Assembly: GCA_021163775.1 (NCBI GenBank)
Contig: JAGGTI010000009.1
Coordinates: forward strand, 12,897 to 76,896
DNA length: 64,000 nucleotides
From: Candidatus Zixiibacteriota bacterium
Lineage (GTDB): Bacteria; Zixibacteria; MSB-5A5; GN15; FEB-12
Direction: 5' to 3'
The notes beneath the pieces were generated by a model, which worked only from the letters and a program-made list of their open reading frames with translations, did not search any database and was not told the DNA's origin. A program made the translations under genes and the position numbers. Positions 36,803 through 47,134 of this stretch are shown here, one piece after another. Numbering within the stretch: position 1 is the first letter of the stretch; every line of letters starts with the position of its first letter.

Positions 36803-37801
36803 ATGCGGTGCCTGCTGATTACATCGTTAACTCTGATATTGAGTCTGGTGACCTCCGCACAATCGGAGACGATATATACACTCATCCTCAAGGGGCGTTT
36901 GGTTGAAGCTCGCGATTCCCTGTCGTTACAAACTAGTGCCGCCACTCGTGATGGAAACACATTGTTTTATCAGAGTTTGCTCGAACCGGATGCCGAGCAG
37001 TCGGTTAGGTTGATGAAAGCCGCCCTGAAGGCTACCCTGCAATCGCACCACCGTGAAGAAATTATGTATCGTTTGGCACAGTACAACCTGTTGCAGGGCA
37101 ATTATGGAGAGCTATCACAATTAGTCGCTGAGTACCAGTCGCGATGGGAGACGGGCCGCTACAGTGCCGCCATGCGACGGCTCTCGGTTTTGGTTGATGA
37201 ATTACAGCAGGGTTACGAATCGGCTCTCCGACAATGTGACCGCTTTTTGGTGCGGTACACCGATCGCGACTATCAGCACTGGGGTCTGATTGACAAGGCA
37301 CGGATCCTCGCCGGCTACGGCAAACGGATTGGCGCCGATAAAACCCTCCGGCAGTTATCACGGGCACGAAAAGGGGTTGGGGTGTCGCCAGCTCTTTATC
37401 TATTGTGCCGGGATGCCATCAAGCGGAACCGGGCTGACGATGCTATATTTTACTATAACATTCTGCGCGAGGGTTATCCTTCGGCTGTAGGAATTGATTA
37501 CCTAATGTCCGGTTTGGGTGATATGTCGTCACGAACTCCATCGAATAACAAGGCCGAAAAACTGACGGGCACGTTCTATTCTGTAAAAGTAGGGGTGTTC
37601 TCTGAGCCGGGCAATGCGCGTCGCCAGGCCGATAAGTTCCGAGGTTATGATAAGCATGTGGAGATCAAGGCCAGGGATATCTCTGGTCGCAAGTATCGGG
37701 TTGTCTATGTTGGCCACTTCGATGACTATGAAGAGGCTCTCCGATTCCGGCTCCAATTGGAGGATACGCACCAGGAAGCTTATCAGGTTGTAGCTCGATG
37801 A
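36803..37801 (+). CDS. secreted TPR-like protein with a C-terminal SPOR (peptidoglycan-binding) domain
   Basis: Signal peptide MRCLLITSLTLILSLVTSAQS from ATG 36803. C terminus FYSVKVGVFSEPGNARRQADKF..YRVVYVGHFDDYEEALRFRLQLE is SPOR-like. The stop overlaps the mutS ATG (ATGA). Confidence 0.75.
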   Translation: MRCLLITSLTLILSLVTSAQSETIYTLILKGRLVEARDSLSLQTSAATRDGNTLFYQSLLEPDAEQSVRLMKAALKATLQSHHREEIMYRLAQYNLLQGNYGELSQLVAEYQSRWETGRYSAAMRRLSVLVDELQQGYESALRQCDRFLVRYTDRDYQHWGLIDKARILAGYGKRIGADKTLRQLSRARKGVGVSPALYLLCRDAIKRNRADDAIFYYNILREGYPSAVGIDYLMSGLGDMSSRTPSNNKAEKLTGTFYSVKVGVFSEPGNARRQADKFRGYDKHVEIKARDISGRKYRVVYVGHFDDYEEALRFRLQLEDTHQEAYQVVAR

Positions 37802-40416
37802 CTCCCAAGGAGAACCTGACCAATGGTATCTCTCCGCTCATGCGGCAGTTTCATGCTGTAAAAGAAAAACACCCAGGCAAAATACTCTTCTTTCGCATGG
37901 GCGATTTCTATGAGATGTTCGGCGATGATGCTGTCTTGGCCGCGCCGATTCTTGGTATAGCTCTGACCTCGCGTTCGCACGGTAAGGGTGAGCGCATCCC
38001 ATTGGCCGGAGTACCCTACCATGCGGCTGATCGCTATCTAGCTCGACTGTTGGCCGCCGGTCATAAAGTGGTAGTTGTTGAGCAGGTTGAAGATCCCCGC
38101 ACTGCCAAAGGTTTGGTCAAGCGGGAAGTTGTGGAGATCCTTACGCCGGGAACATCGACAGTCGAGGCATCGGAAGACTCACAGGTTCAGTCAAGTTTGG
38201 CGGCGGTCTATTCCGATGGTGGTAAAAATCTTGGGTTGGCTCTATTGGACATCAATACCGGTGTGTTCCTACTCGATCAGGGACCGAGTACGTTGTTGCT
38301 CGAAAAACTCAAAGTTCTCGACCCGACCGAAATCATTCATTCGTCTGATTTTCCCGCTGACCACTTGGAGGTCATTTTCGGGAGTGTCAACGGTGCCAAC
38401 AGAGCCAATCGCCTGACCGAATACGAACCGTGGAATTTTGACTTCAAGACAGCCCAGCGTGAACTCAATGATCACTTTGGAACATCGACGCTTGATGGTT
38501 TCGGTGTTGGACAAGATCGCTTAGCGGTGACTGCGGCCGGGGCAGTGTTCCGCTACCTGCGTGACAATCACCGTGATCGTCTATCGCACATCAGTCGTCT
38601 TACGAGGATCGACGATGCCGAGCATATGCTCCTTGACTACACCAGTGTGCGCAATCTCGAACTGGTACGGAGTGTGACTAATGCTTCTGAGGAGAATACG
38701 CTGTACTCGGTGGCTAATCGGTGTTGCACTACGTCCGGGGCACGCCGACTGCGAAATTCGCTGGTGCGTCCGTTCAAGACTCGAAACAAAATCGAACTTC
38801 GCCTTGGTGCGGTGGCCGAGCTGGTGCGTAATCGTGAAACAAGTTTTCAGGTTCGAGATGAGTTGAAAGCCGCCCCCGATCTGGAACGGTTAGCCGGTCG
38901 ACTCGGTATTGGCAAACTCAGCCCGCGCCAGTTAGCCGCTCTTGGTCATGGACTTCAGGTAGCCGATCGCCTAAGAAATACGCTACAGAATACCGGCTGT
39001 GAGCATCTTACGAATATCCGTCAGGCGTTGCCGGAGTTGAATGATCTCATTCGCACGATCACCGAGGCGCTGGTCGAAGAACCACCGCTGGTGTCAAACA
39101 AAGGCAACATTTTTAAGCGCGGCTATTCTGATAGTCTGGATAATCTGAACGACTCTATCCGTTCGGCGAGGGACTATATCGGGTCGTTGCAGAAAACCGA
39201 ACGCGAGCGTACCGGGATCAGTAGTTTGAAGGTTGGTTTTAACAAAATCTTCGGCTATTACATTGAAGTCACCAAGGCCAATCTTGACGGTGTGCCCGAT
39301 CACTATATTCGCAAGCAAACGCTGGTCAATGCCGAGCGGTACATCACGCCCGAACTGAAGGAAAAAGAAGAACTGATCCTGGCCGCCGAGGAAAAGATCT
39401 TCCATTTGGAAACCGAGCTATACGAGTCGTTTGTTTTGACTGTGAACGACAGAATAGGCAGTATTCAACTAACTGCCGAGCTGTTAGCCGAGATCGATTT
39501 GATTGCCGCACTTTCGGAGTTGGCGGTTGAAAAGAACTACTGCCGCCCGGAGATTTTCGAGGACACTCGCCTAAACATTGTCAACGGTCGCCACCCGGTG
39601 GTGGAAGCGGTACTGCCCATAGGTTCGTTTGTGGCCAATGACCTGACGCTGGCATCCGATGATGGCCAGATCATTATTCTCACCGGACCGAACATGTCCG
39701 GCAAATCAACTTACCTGCGCCAGATCGGTTTGATTGTTATTCTGGCCCAGATCGGGTCATTCGTCCCGGCTGATAAGGCGGAGATCGGGCTGGTTGATAG
39801 AGTCTTTACACGTGTTGGGGCGCTCGACAACCTTGCGGGTGGCCAGTCTACGTTTTTGGTAGAGATGGTCGAAACGGCCAACATTCTCAATAACGCTACT
39901 GAGCGTTCACTGGTTTTGCTCGATGAAGTTGGACGGGGAACATCGACGTTCGATGGCTTGTCGGTTGCCTGGTCGGTGGTGGAGCGAATCAATGAAGCCT
40001 GTCGCTGTCGCACCGTATTCGCCACTCACTATCATGAATTGACCGGGATGGCCGAGTTGTATCCGCGCGTTCGTAATTTTCAGGTGGCGGTTAAGAAGTG
40101 GGAAGAAAAGGTTATCTTTATGCACAAGATAATAGCCGGTGGGTGCGATGATTCTTACGGTATCGAAGTTGCTCGTTTGGCCGGTTTACCGCGCGCTACA
40201 ATCAGCCGAGCTAAACAGATTTTGAAATTACTCGAATCGGGGAAATTTAACCAGAGCGAGCTTGGCGCCGGGATTTACAAAGAGAAAGTGCAGACGAGCC
40301 TATTTGATCCGAAGTCGTCTGTGGTCGAGGATGAACTCAGGGGCGCGGATATTGAAAATATGACTCCGGTCGAAGCCTTCGATTTCCTGCGCCGTCTCAA
40401 GGATATACTATCGTGA
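37798..40416 (+). CDS. mutS: DNA mismatch repair protein MutS
   Basis: PLMRQFHAVKEKHPGKILFFRMGDFYEMF, Walker A GPNMSGKSTYLRQ, LLDEVGRGTSTFDG and THYHEL. Confidence 0.97.
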   Translation: MTPKENLTNGISPLMRQFHAVKEKHPGKILFFRMGDFYEMFGDDAVLAAPILGIALTSRSHGKGERIPLAGVPYHAADRYLARLLAAGHKVVVVEQVEDPRTAKGLVKREVVEILTPGTSTVEASEDSQVQSSLAAVYSDGGKNLGLALLDINTGVFLLDQGPSTLLLEKLKVLDPTEIIHSSDFPADHLEVIFGSVNGANRANRLTEYEPWNFDFKTAQRELNDHFGTSTLDGFGVGQDRLAVTAAGAVFRYLRDNHRDRLSHISRLTRIDDAEHMLLDYTSVRNLELVRSVTNASEENTLYSVANRCCTTSGARRLRNSLVRPFKTRNKIELRLGAVAELVRNRETSFQVRDELKAAPDLERLAGRLGIGKLSPRQLAALGHGLQVADRLRNTLQNTGCEHLTNIRQALPELNDLIRTITEALVEEPPLVSNKGNIFKRGYSDSLDNLNDSIRSARDYIGSLQKTERERTGISSLKVGFNKIFGYYIEVTKANLDGVPDHYIRKQTLVNAERYITPELKEKEELILAAEEKIFHLETELYESFVLTVNDRIGSIQLTAELLAEIDLIAALSELAVEKNYCRPEIFEDTRLNIVNGRHPVVEAVLPIGSFVANDLTLASDDGQIIILTGPNMSGKSTYLRQIGLIVILAQIGSFVPADKAEIGLVDRVFTRVGALDNLAGGQSTFLVEMVETANILNNATERSLVLLDEVGRGTSTFDGLSVAWSVVERINEACRCRTVFATHYHELTGMAELYPRVRNFQVAVKKWEEKVIFMHKIIAGGCDDSYGIEVARLAGLPRATISRAKQILKLLESGKFNQSELGAGIYKEKVQTSLFDPKSSVVEDELRGADIENMTPVEAFDFLRRLKDILS

Positions 40417-42257
40417 AATCACCTACCGACAAAAAACGCTGGATCCGCCCGTTACCCGAGCGATTGATCAACAAGATCGCCGCCGGGGAAGTGGTTGAAC
40501 GACCGGCATCGGTTGTCAAAGAGATGGTTGAAAACTCAATTGATGCCGGCGCTGACCGGATTGAAATAATTGTCGAGAAGTCTGGTACCCGTTTGATCAA
40601 GATTGTCGACAACGGTTGTGGCATTGGGGAAGACCAGATTGAGATTGCGTTCTCTCGCCATGCCACGTCCAAGATATCCGAGTTTGATGATCTTGATCGG
40701 ATCATGTCATACGGCTTTCGTGGTGAAGCGCTTCCCTCAATTGCTTCGGTATCTCGCTTGCGCATGGTTTCGCGGCCCGCCGATGCTGATACCGGCATTG
40801 AGATTATCTTTGAAGGTGGAGTGTTGCAAACGAAGAATCCGATCGCGGCGCCGGTGGGTACATCGATTGAAGTGGAGAACCTGTTTTTCAATACGCCGGC
40901 TCGACGCAAATTCCTTAAGGCGGAGACCACCGAAGCACGTCATGTTACTCGCACATCAATGGCATTGGCGATGGGGCGATATAAAATCGGTTTTTCGGCT
41001 CGGGTCAATGGTCGTAAAGTCTTTTCACTCCCCTCGGGTCTTGGTTTAGGTGAACGGGTGGCCGGACTGCTGGCTCCGGGTAAGAAATTTGTGGAAGTAT
41101 CCGGTGCGATGGGGCCGATTCAGGTTGAGGGTTTCATCTCGCCGCCTGATTTAGCCCGCTCGAATCGCAACGGTCAGTTTATCTTCATCAACGGTCGCTA
41201 TATTCAGTCGCCAACGCTGGCCCATGCTTTCGCCGCTGGTTATGGTGAACTCCTGCCGCGCGGGAATTTTCCGGTTGGGGCTTTACTTCTGACGGTTGAT
41301 CCGACTGAAGTCGACGTTAACGTGCACCCGGCCAAAACCGAGGTTCGGCTATCGCGTGAGCGGGAGATCCACGATGCTCTCTATCGCCTGGTGAAAGAAA
41401 GCCTTCGGCAACAGGGTGTTATTCCGCACCTGCAGGTACCGTCATCGTTACCGACATCAACTGCCTCCACAACTGCTATTTCGCAAGGTAGTCACCCACC
41501 GGGCGATAATCAGAATGTTATTCCCGGCATCACTCGTCCAATGCCGACCAGTGCGGGGCAGATGAAAGAAATATATGAGCGCACCCCGCCGGTTACAGTT
41601 TCGGATACCCCAGCCATAGTTCAGGTTGATACTTCGACTGGTGAGATTATCGATGAGAGCCAACCGTTTGAGCCGACCGGTGCTCCGGTGTCACTGCAAT
41701 TTATCGGTAGCTTCAATAATTTGTATTTGTTGTTTCAATCGGGAAGTGACCTGTTGATTATCGATCAGCATACCGCCCACGAGCGGGTACTGTTTGAAGA
41801 TATATTGCGTCAGATGGATAACGAAGGCGGACTTGCTCAACATCTCTTGTTGCCGGTTCAGGTTGATCTCGGTGCCGATCAAATGACGTTGTTTGATGAA
41901 GCGTTGGCTACTCTCAATAAATCAGGGTTCGAGGTGGCCCCTTTTGGAGGCCAAACCGTACGGATTGAGGCTACTCCGGCTGTGCTGTCACGCAAGTCAC
42001 CCGAGAAATCGTTCCTGGCGGTTCTGAATGATATCGCATCGCTGAAGAAATCCGGCTATGATTTGAACAAAGCGATAGCGCAGTCAATTGCCTGTCGTTC
42101 GGCAGTTATGGCGGGAGACAAATTGAGCGATAGGGAAGCGATCGGTTTAGTGGACAGTCTGCTCAAATGCGAGAATCGGTATTCTTGTCCGCATGGCCGA
42201 CCGACTTTCATCAAGATGTCACGCGAGGACCTCGACAAGCAGTTTGGCCGTGGTTAA
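40413..42257 (+). CDS. mutL: DNA mismatch repair protein MutL
   Basis: IRPLPERLINKIAAGEVVERPASVVKEMVENSIDAG, DNGCGI and GFRGEALPSI. The C-terminal dimerisation domain carries a CPHGRP motif. Confidence 0.97.
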   Translation: MKSPTDKKRWIRPLPERLINKIAAGEVVERPASVVKEMVENSIDAGADRIEIIVEKSGTRLIKIVDNGCGIGEDQIEIAFSRHATSKISEFDDLDRIMSYGFRGEALPSIASVSRLRMVSRPADADTGIEIIFEGGVLQTKNPIAAPVGTSIEVENLFFNTPARRKFLKAETTEARHVTRTSMALAMGRYKIGFSARVNGRKVFSLPSGLGLGERVAGLLAPGKKFVEVSGAMGPIQVEGFISPPDLARSNRNGQFIFINGRYIQSPTLAHAFAAGYGELLPRGNFPVGALLLTVDPTEVDVNVHPAKTEVRLSREREIHDALYRLVKESLRQQGVIPHLQVPSSLPTSTASTTAISQGSHPPGDNQNVIPGITRPMPTSAGQMKEIYERTPPVTVSDTPAIVQVDTSTGEIIDESQPFEPTGAPVSLQFIGSFNNLYLLFQSGSDLLIIDQHTAHERVLFEDILRQMDNEGGLAQHLLLPVQVDLGADQMTLFDEALATLNKSGFEVAPFGGQTVRIEATPAVLSRKSPEKSFLAVLNDIASLKKSGYDLNKAIAQSIACRSAVMAGDKLSDREAIGLVDSLLKCENRYSCPHGRPTFIKMSREDLDKQFGRG

Positions 42258-43188
42258 ATATCCACCCATACCTGTTGTCTGCGGATCGACCGGTTCCGGC
42301 AAAACCGCTGTTGCCGTTACTTTGGCGGCCGAACTACCGATTGAAGTTATCTCAGCCGATTCGAGACAACTTTTGAAACAACTTGATATTGGAACCGCCA
42401 AACCTACTGCGGAAGAGCGGGCGGCTGTTCGCACTCACCTGATTGATCTGATTGAACCGGGGACCCGCTACACTGCTTATCGGTTCATTGAGGACTGCGA
42501 TACCGCTATCGATGACATTCTCAATCGGGGGGCGATACCGGTCGTGGTGGGTGGTACCGGGTTATATTTGCGAGCGATTACTGATGGGGTAGTCAAAATA
42601 GAACAGGACCGACCGGAAATAAGACAACAACTGGAGAGAGATCTTGAGCGACTGGGATCGGAAGCGATGTTTCATCGTTTGACTGAATTGGACCCGGTTG
42701 AAGCGGAGCGGATTCACCCGAACAATTTGGTGCGTATGATGCGCGCCCTGGAGATTTGTGTGCTTACCAGTCAACCAAAGTCGAAACTTATAGCCGATGG
42801 TGCGTACAAGAGAAGTAAATACACTTATTCGTTTTTCTGCCTTCTGCCTGAAAGGGGAGAGTTGTACGATAGGATCAACGAACGGGTTGAGGTTATGATG
42901 GAGGCTGGCCTTCTGGAGGAAGTTGAGCATTTGGTCGCACAGGGTTGGAAAGACCGACTCCGTCGCGCTAATGTGATTGGGTATGAAAAACTCCTGGACT
43001 ATCTTGACGGACAGTGCTCACTTGAGGAAGCGGTGGCGATGATCAAGCAGAACAGTCGGCGCTACGCCAAGCGACAGATGACGTGGTTTCGCCATCAGAC
43101 CGAATGTATTGATTTCAGTGATCGCAAGTCGTTGCTGGTTGCTCTCCGAGATGAACTAACTGGAGGTTGGGGGCGGGTAAAAGCTTGA
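42250..43188 (+). CDS. miaA: tRNA dimethylallyltransferase
   Basis: P-loop CGSTGSGKTAV, DSRQLLKQLDIGTAKPT, VGGTGLY and YAKRQMTWFR. GTG 42250 overlaps the mutL stop and is preferred over track start 42193. Confidence 0.93.
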   Translation: MVKYPPIPVVCGSTGSGKTAVAVTLAAELPIEVISADSRQLLKQLDIGTAKPTAEERAAVRTHLIDLIEPGTRYTAYRFIEDCDTAIDDILNRGAIPVVVGGTGLYLRAITDGVVKIEQDRPEIRQQLERDLERLGSEAMFHRLTELDPVEAERIHPNNLVRMMRALEICVLTSQPKSKLIADGAYKRSKYTYSFFCLLPERGELYDRINERVEVMMEAGLLEEVEHLVAQGWKDRLRRANVIGYEKLLDYLDGQCSLEEAVAMIKQNSRRYAKRQMTWFRHQTECIDFSDRKSLLVALRDELTGGWGRVKA

Positions 43189-43306
43189 CACACCTGTACG
43201 CTATATGATATATGATAATCTCTTAACTGGGCGACCCCTAAAGCGGTCGTCCAGTTGAGTCGATAATATGAAAATATCTGAAACCTGGTGATTTTGGAAG
43301 GAATGG

Positions 43307-45631
43307 ATGCCTCTTAACCATATTTCTGCAAACCGAACGAGTACTCTTATTCTTGTATCCCTGATTGTGGCGCTGGTCATGATTTCATGTGGTGGTAAGA
43401 ACAGTCTTGGCAAGCCTCAAACTTACGGCACTCGCCAAACCGAGACCACTCCCGTTAATGTTACGCCTTCTGAGGGAAGCGATAACGAGACCTCTGCTTC
43501 CGGCCCGATGACATATGCTAATCCCAGCGATGTTGACTCACTGCCGGCTGAAGGGGCATCGGAAGAACCGGTCGTTGAACCGCCCACAGTTGTCACTGAG
43601 TCCAAAGAAGAACCTAAAGAGACCGTTGCCGACAAGGCACCGCCTAAGCCGAGTGGTGATTGGTCAGTTACCCCCGGATCACCCGGTCGCGATGAAATTG
43701 AGACGCTGGTTTATTATGGTAAGGTGGACAACGAAGATTCTGCATCGGCGGTTGATGATGCCATCTGGCGTATGTTGGATCTGGCCGACGAGTATCATTC
43801 GATGGGCGTGGTGGCAAACAGGGACGCCAGTTGGGAAGAGGCTCAGTACTATTTTGAGAAAGCGATCAAAATTATGGCAGGGCTGGATATTGAGGCTGAC
43901 TCTATTCCGACGCCAGAGGCCACCAAGTACGAGATTATCCTCAGCAATGTTATCTCTGAGTATAGAGTAACGCTTCGATCTCTGGGTCAACTCCAGGGGG
44001 ATATCACCCCGTCGGTGCTGGTTGAGCGGTTTGGCGATATGGGGGATCGTCTTGCCCATGATACTCTCTTGGTGTACGGTCGGCGGGAACGGGAGGTAAC
44101 CTACGATCTCCCGGTCAAGATGAACGATCGGGTCAAGAACTCAATCGTATATTTCCAGACCGTGGCTCACGATGCGTTTACCAAGTATCTAACCCGGTCA
44201 AAACGTTACGACCGAATGTTCAAGGAAATTCTGACCAAGCATGGCATGCCGCTCGATTTTGTCTACCTGTCGCTGGTTGAATCGGGTTACAATCCGAAAG
44301 CGTATTCGTGGGCGAGAGCGTCGGGGCTGTGGCAGTTTATCGCCTCGACCGGAAGGATGTATGGCCTTGAGCGCAGTTGGTGGGTTGACGAACGACGTGA
44401 CCCGGTCAAAGCAACCGAGGCGGCGGCACGTTTCCTGAAAGACCTGTATAAACAGTTTGGTGATTGGGAACTGGCTATGGCCGCCTACAACGGCGGACCG
44501 GGCCGTGTGCGGGCGACCATTCGCAAACAAAAAACTAATGATTTCTGGAAAATGCGCCTGCGACGGCAGACGATGGACTATGTGCCATTGATTTATGCCG
44601 CGGCGATTATTGCTAAAGAACCGGCCAGGTACGGTTTTCATGATATTGAGCATGAACCGGAAGTGGTTTGGGATGAGGTTATAATCAACCGCTGTCTGGA
44701 ACTCAAAATCGTAGCGCAAGCGGTGGGTTGCACAGTTGAGGAACTCAAGAATCTCAATCCGGAATTGCTCCGCAATTACACCCCGCCGAACGAAAAGAAA
44801 TACAAACTGAAGATTCCCAGGGGAAGTCGCCACAATTTTATGGCCTCGTATTCGACGATGCCTTCCCCCAGGGAAACCAGCTGGGTAAAACACAAGATCA
44901 AGCGGGGGGAGACGGTCAGCACGATTGCGGCCAAGTACGGTGTATCCCAGTACGCTATCTCCGAGTCGAACAACCTCAATCGACGTTCGCGAATCTATGC
45001 CGGCAAGACATTGATTGTGCCAGTTCCTCTTGATCGCGATTACTCGTCGTCAAAGTCTAAGAAGAAAGAAACCTATGCCTCTGATGGGTCGGTTTATACT
45101 GTCAGGGCGGGCGACACTATGTGGGATATCGCAAGAGCTTTTGGCACGACTGTAAACTCGCTTCGGCGGATAAACTACATTGGGCGTGGTTCTCGTATCT
45201 ATGTCGGTCAGAAATTGAAAATCCCCTCGAACGCAAAGAACCTCGCCAAATTGAATCATCCATCGGGGGGGCGGGTGAAGGTTGCCAGTAACGACAACAG
45301 TTCGGAGTCGGGATCACCAAACGTTCAGACCCACAAGGTACGCGCTGGTGACACTCTCTGGGACATTGCTCGACTATATGCCACTACCAGTTCCAGTTTA
45401 CGCCGACTGAACGGACTTGGCCGCTCAAGCCGTATCTATCCGGGTCAGGTTCTCAAGGTGAGCGGTTCAGGTAGCACCGAGTATATAACTTACAAAGTCA
45501 AGCGTGGTGACTCTTTGGATCGTATTGCCAGGAAATACCGTACCTCGATCTCGAGAATTCTCGCTCTAAACTACTTGGACGATCCGGACAATATCCGTAT
45601 CGGTCAGAAATTAAGAATCAAGATTCGATGA
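43307..45631 (+). CDS. lipoprotein lytic transglycosylase (MltD-like: SLT domain plus four LysM repeats)
   Basis: Lipobox LVMISCGG. SLT motifs LSLVESGYNP, GLWQFIASTG and AYNGGPG. Four LysM units begin HKIKRGETVSTIA, YTVRAGDTMWDIA, HKVRAGDTLWDIA and YKVKRGDSLDRIA. Confidence 0.9.
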   Translation: MPLNHISANRTSTLILVSLIVALVMISCGGKNSLGKPQTYGTRQTETTPVNVTPSEGSDNETSASGPMTYANPSDVDSLPAEGASEEPVVEPPTVVTESKEEPKETVADKAPPKPSGDWSVTPGSPGRDEIETLVYYGKVDNEDSASAVDDAIWRMLDLADEYHSMGVVANRDASWEEAQYYFEKAIKIMAGLDIEADSIPTPEATKYEIILSNVISEYRVTLRSLGQLQGDITPSVLVERFGDMGDRLAHDTLLVYGRREREVTYDLPVKMNDRVKNSIVYFQTVAHDAFTKYLTRSKRYDRMFKEILTKHGMPLDFVYLSLVESGYNPKAYSWARASGLWQFIASTGRMYGLERSWWVDERRDPVKATEAAARFLKDLYKQFGDWELAMAAYNGGPGRVRATIRKQKTNDFWKMRLRRQTMDYVPLIYAAAIIAKEPARYGFHDIEHEPEVVWDEVIINRCLELKIVAQAVGCTVEELKNLNPELLRNYTPPNEKKYKLKIPRGSRHNFMASYSTMPSPRETSWVKHKIKRGETVSTIAAKYGVSQYAISESNNLNRRSRIYAGKTLIVPVPLDRDYSSSKSKKKETYASDGSVYTVRAGDTMWDIARAFGTTVNSLRRINYIGRGSRIYVGQKLKIPSNAKNLAKLNHPSGGRVKVASNDNSSESGSPNVQTHKVRAGDTLWDIARLYATTSSSLRRLNGLGRSSRIYPGQVLKVSGSGSTEYITYKVKRGDSLDRIARKYRTSISRILALNYLDDPDNIRIGQKLRIKIR

Positions 45632-45643
45632 AGGGAAACAGTT

Positions 45644-46546
45644 ATGGCCCGTCGACGTGATATCATTGTGGCTGTAATAATAGCCTGTTCCTTCTTAGTT
45701 GTCTTTGGCTTCGTGGCGATGGTTTTTATTGGTGTGGCTTCATCTGATGGGGACATTTCCTTTGGTTCGCTGGGCGGGTCGGTTGGTGTGATACCGATGT
45801 TTGGCATAATGGAGGAAAGTTCCGGGCGGCCAGTTATTGAATATCTGGACCGCTGGAGGAACAACAGCTCAATTAAGGCAATTGTTGTTCATGTGAACTC
45901 ACCTGGAGGTGGGACGGCTATCTCACAGGAAATCCACGACGCTATCCTGCGGGCACGGGAAGATAAACCGGTGGTGGTGTCAATGGCTGAAGTAGCGGCT
46001 TCGGGAGGCTACTATATTGCTTGTGCCGCAGACCGTATTGTGGCAAATCCGGGAACTGTGACCGGCTCGATTGGGGTCATCATGTCATTCCATACCTACG
46101 AAGAAGTCCTGGATAAGATTGGCATTGGGACCGAAATTATCAAGTCGGGCAAGTTTAAGGATGTTGGCAACTATTCGCGCCAAATGACTGCGCAGGAAGG
46201 GCTTATGCTTCGGGCTGTAGTCATGGATGGCTACGAGCAGTTCGTTGCAGCCATCGCTGAGGGCCGGGATATGGAGCTGGAAGAGGTCTATGCTTTGGCT
46301 GATGGATCGATATTTACTGGCTTACAGGCTCAAAATCTCGGGTTGGTAGATACGTTGGGTGGGCTGAACACGGCGGTTAATCTGGCCGCTACCCTGGCTG
46401 GAATTGATGAGGAACCTGATATTGTCAGGCCTAAACAGCCCCGCCGAAGCTACTTGGTGGATATGCTTACAGGGCTCCTTGGTGATCTTGGGAGTCGGAT
46501 TGAAGGTGGGAGTTCCGGCCCGAGGCTAATGTACCTCTATCAGTGA
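45644..46546 (+). CDS. sppA: signal peptide peptidase SppA (36K type)
   Basis: TM anchor, then IKAIVVHVNSPGGG..VVVSMAEVAASGGYYIACAADRIVANPGTVTGSIGV..GKFKD. Confidence 0.9.
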   Translation: MARRRDIIVAVIIACSFLVVFGFVAMVFIGVASSDGDISFGSLGGSVGVIPMFGIMEESSGRPVIEYLDRWRNNSSIKAIVVHVNSPGGGTAISQEIHDAILRAREDKPVVVSMAEVAASGGYYIACAADRIVANPGTVTGSIGVIMSFHTYEEVLDKIGIGTEIIKSGKFKDVGNYSRQMTAQEGLMLRAVVMDGYEQFVAAIAEGRDMELEEVYALADGSIFTGLQAQNLGLVDTLGGLNTAVNLAATLAGIDEEPDIVRPKQPRRSYLVDMLTGLLGDLGSRIEGGSSGPRLMYLYQ

Positions 46547-46727
46547 ACCGAGTGAAATAATTCGCCAATACCTAAAATTTTCCTTTTTTTGACCGCAGAT
46601 TTTATTATCTTCCGCAGTCCCAAGGGCTTAAGCCAGGGAATGTGGTGATGAGCGGGCCGGTGGTGGCTCGATTGAAATTGGAAAGAAGAACGAATAAATA
46701 GTGTCTGACTTGTGTTGGGAGTGAGCT

Positions 46728-47012
46728 GTGACTAAAGCCGATCTAGTGGAAAAAGTAGCCGAGAGGACTGGGCTTACCAGAACGGATGTTGCTGTTGTTG
46801 TCGATGCCTTTCTGGATACAGTCAAGAAGTCGGTCGAAGCCGGACATAACATCGAGATCCGTGGATTTGGTACTTTTAAAATCAAGTTGCGCAAGGCCCG
46901 TAAGGCTCGCAACCCTCGTACTGGCGAGGTGGTGCCAGTGCCAGATCGCAAAGTGCCGGTGTTCAAGCCCTCGAACGAATTCAAAAACATGATCACCAAA
47001 TTGGCGATCTGA
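46728..47012 (+). CDS. hup: HU/IHF-family DNA-binding protein
   Basis: MTKADLVEKVAERTGLTRTDV..IEIRGFGTFKIKLRKARKARNPRTGEVVPVPDRKVPVFKPS. GTG start with GGGAG 7 nt upstream. Confidence 0.9.
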   Translation: MTKADLVEKVAERTGLTRTDVAVVVDAFLDTVKKSVEAGHNIEIRGFGTFKIKLRKARKARNPRTGEVVPVPDRKVPVFKPSNEFKNMITKLAI

Positions 47013-47038
47013 CAACAAAGAACTGAGACGGAGGCTGA

Positions 47039-47134
47039 ATGCCCAGCGGAAAGAAGCGCAAGCGTCAAAAAATCAAGACGCACAAACGCAAAAAACGCAG
47101 ACGCGCTGACCGGCACAAGAAGAAGAACCGGTAA
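47039..47134 (+). CDS. 31-aa Lys/Arg-rich small protein (bS22-like / AURKAIP1-COX24-like), absent from the ORF track
   Basis: ATG 47039 lies 4 nt after GGAGG (47030-47034). Translation is MPSGKKRKRQKIKTHKRKKRRRADRHKKKNR, stop TAA 47132-47134. It sits 27 nt after the HU gene. Confidence 0.6.
   Translation: MPSGKKRKRQKIKTHKRKKRRRADRHKKKNR

Noticed and set aside
44198-44893. A 231-aa antisense ORF opposite the lytic transglycosylase gene.
   Set aside because: The + strand frame carries unambiguous SLT and LysM motifs. The minus-strand product is Arg/Phe-rich with no recognisable domain.
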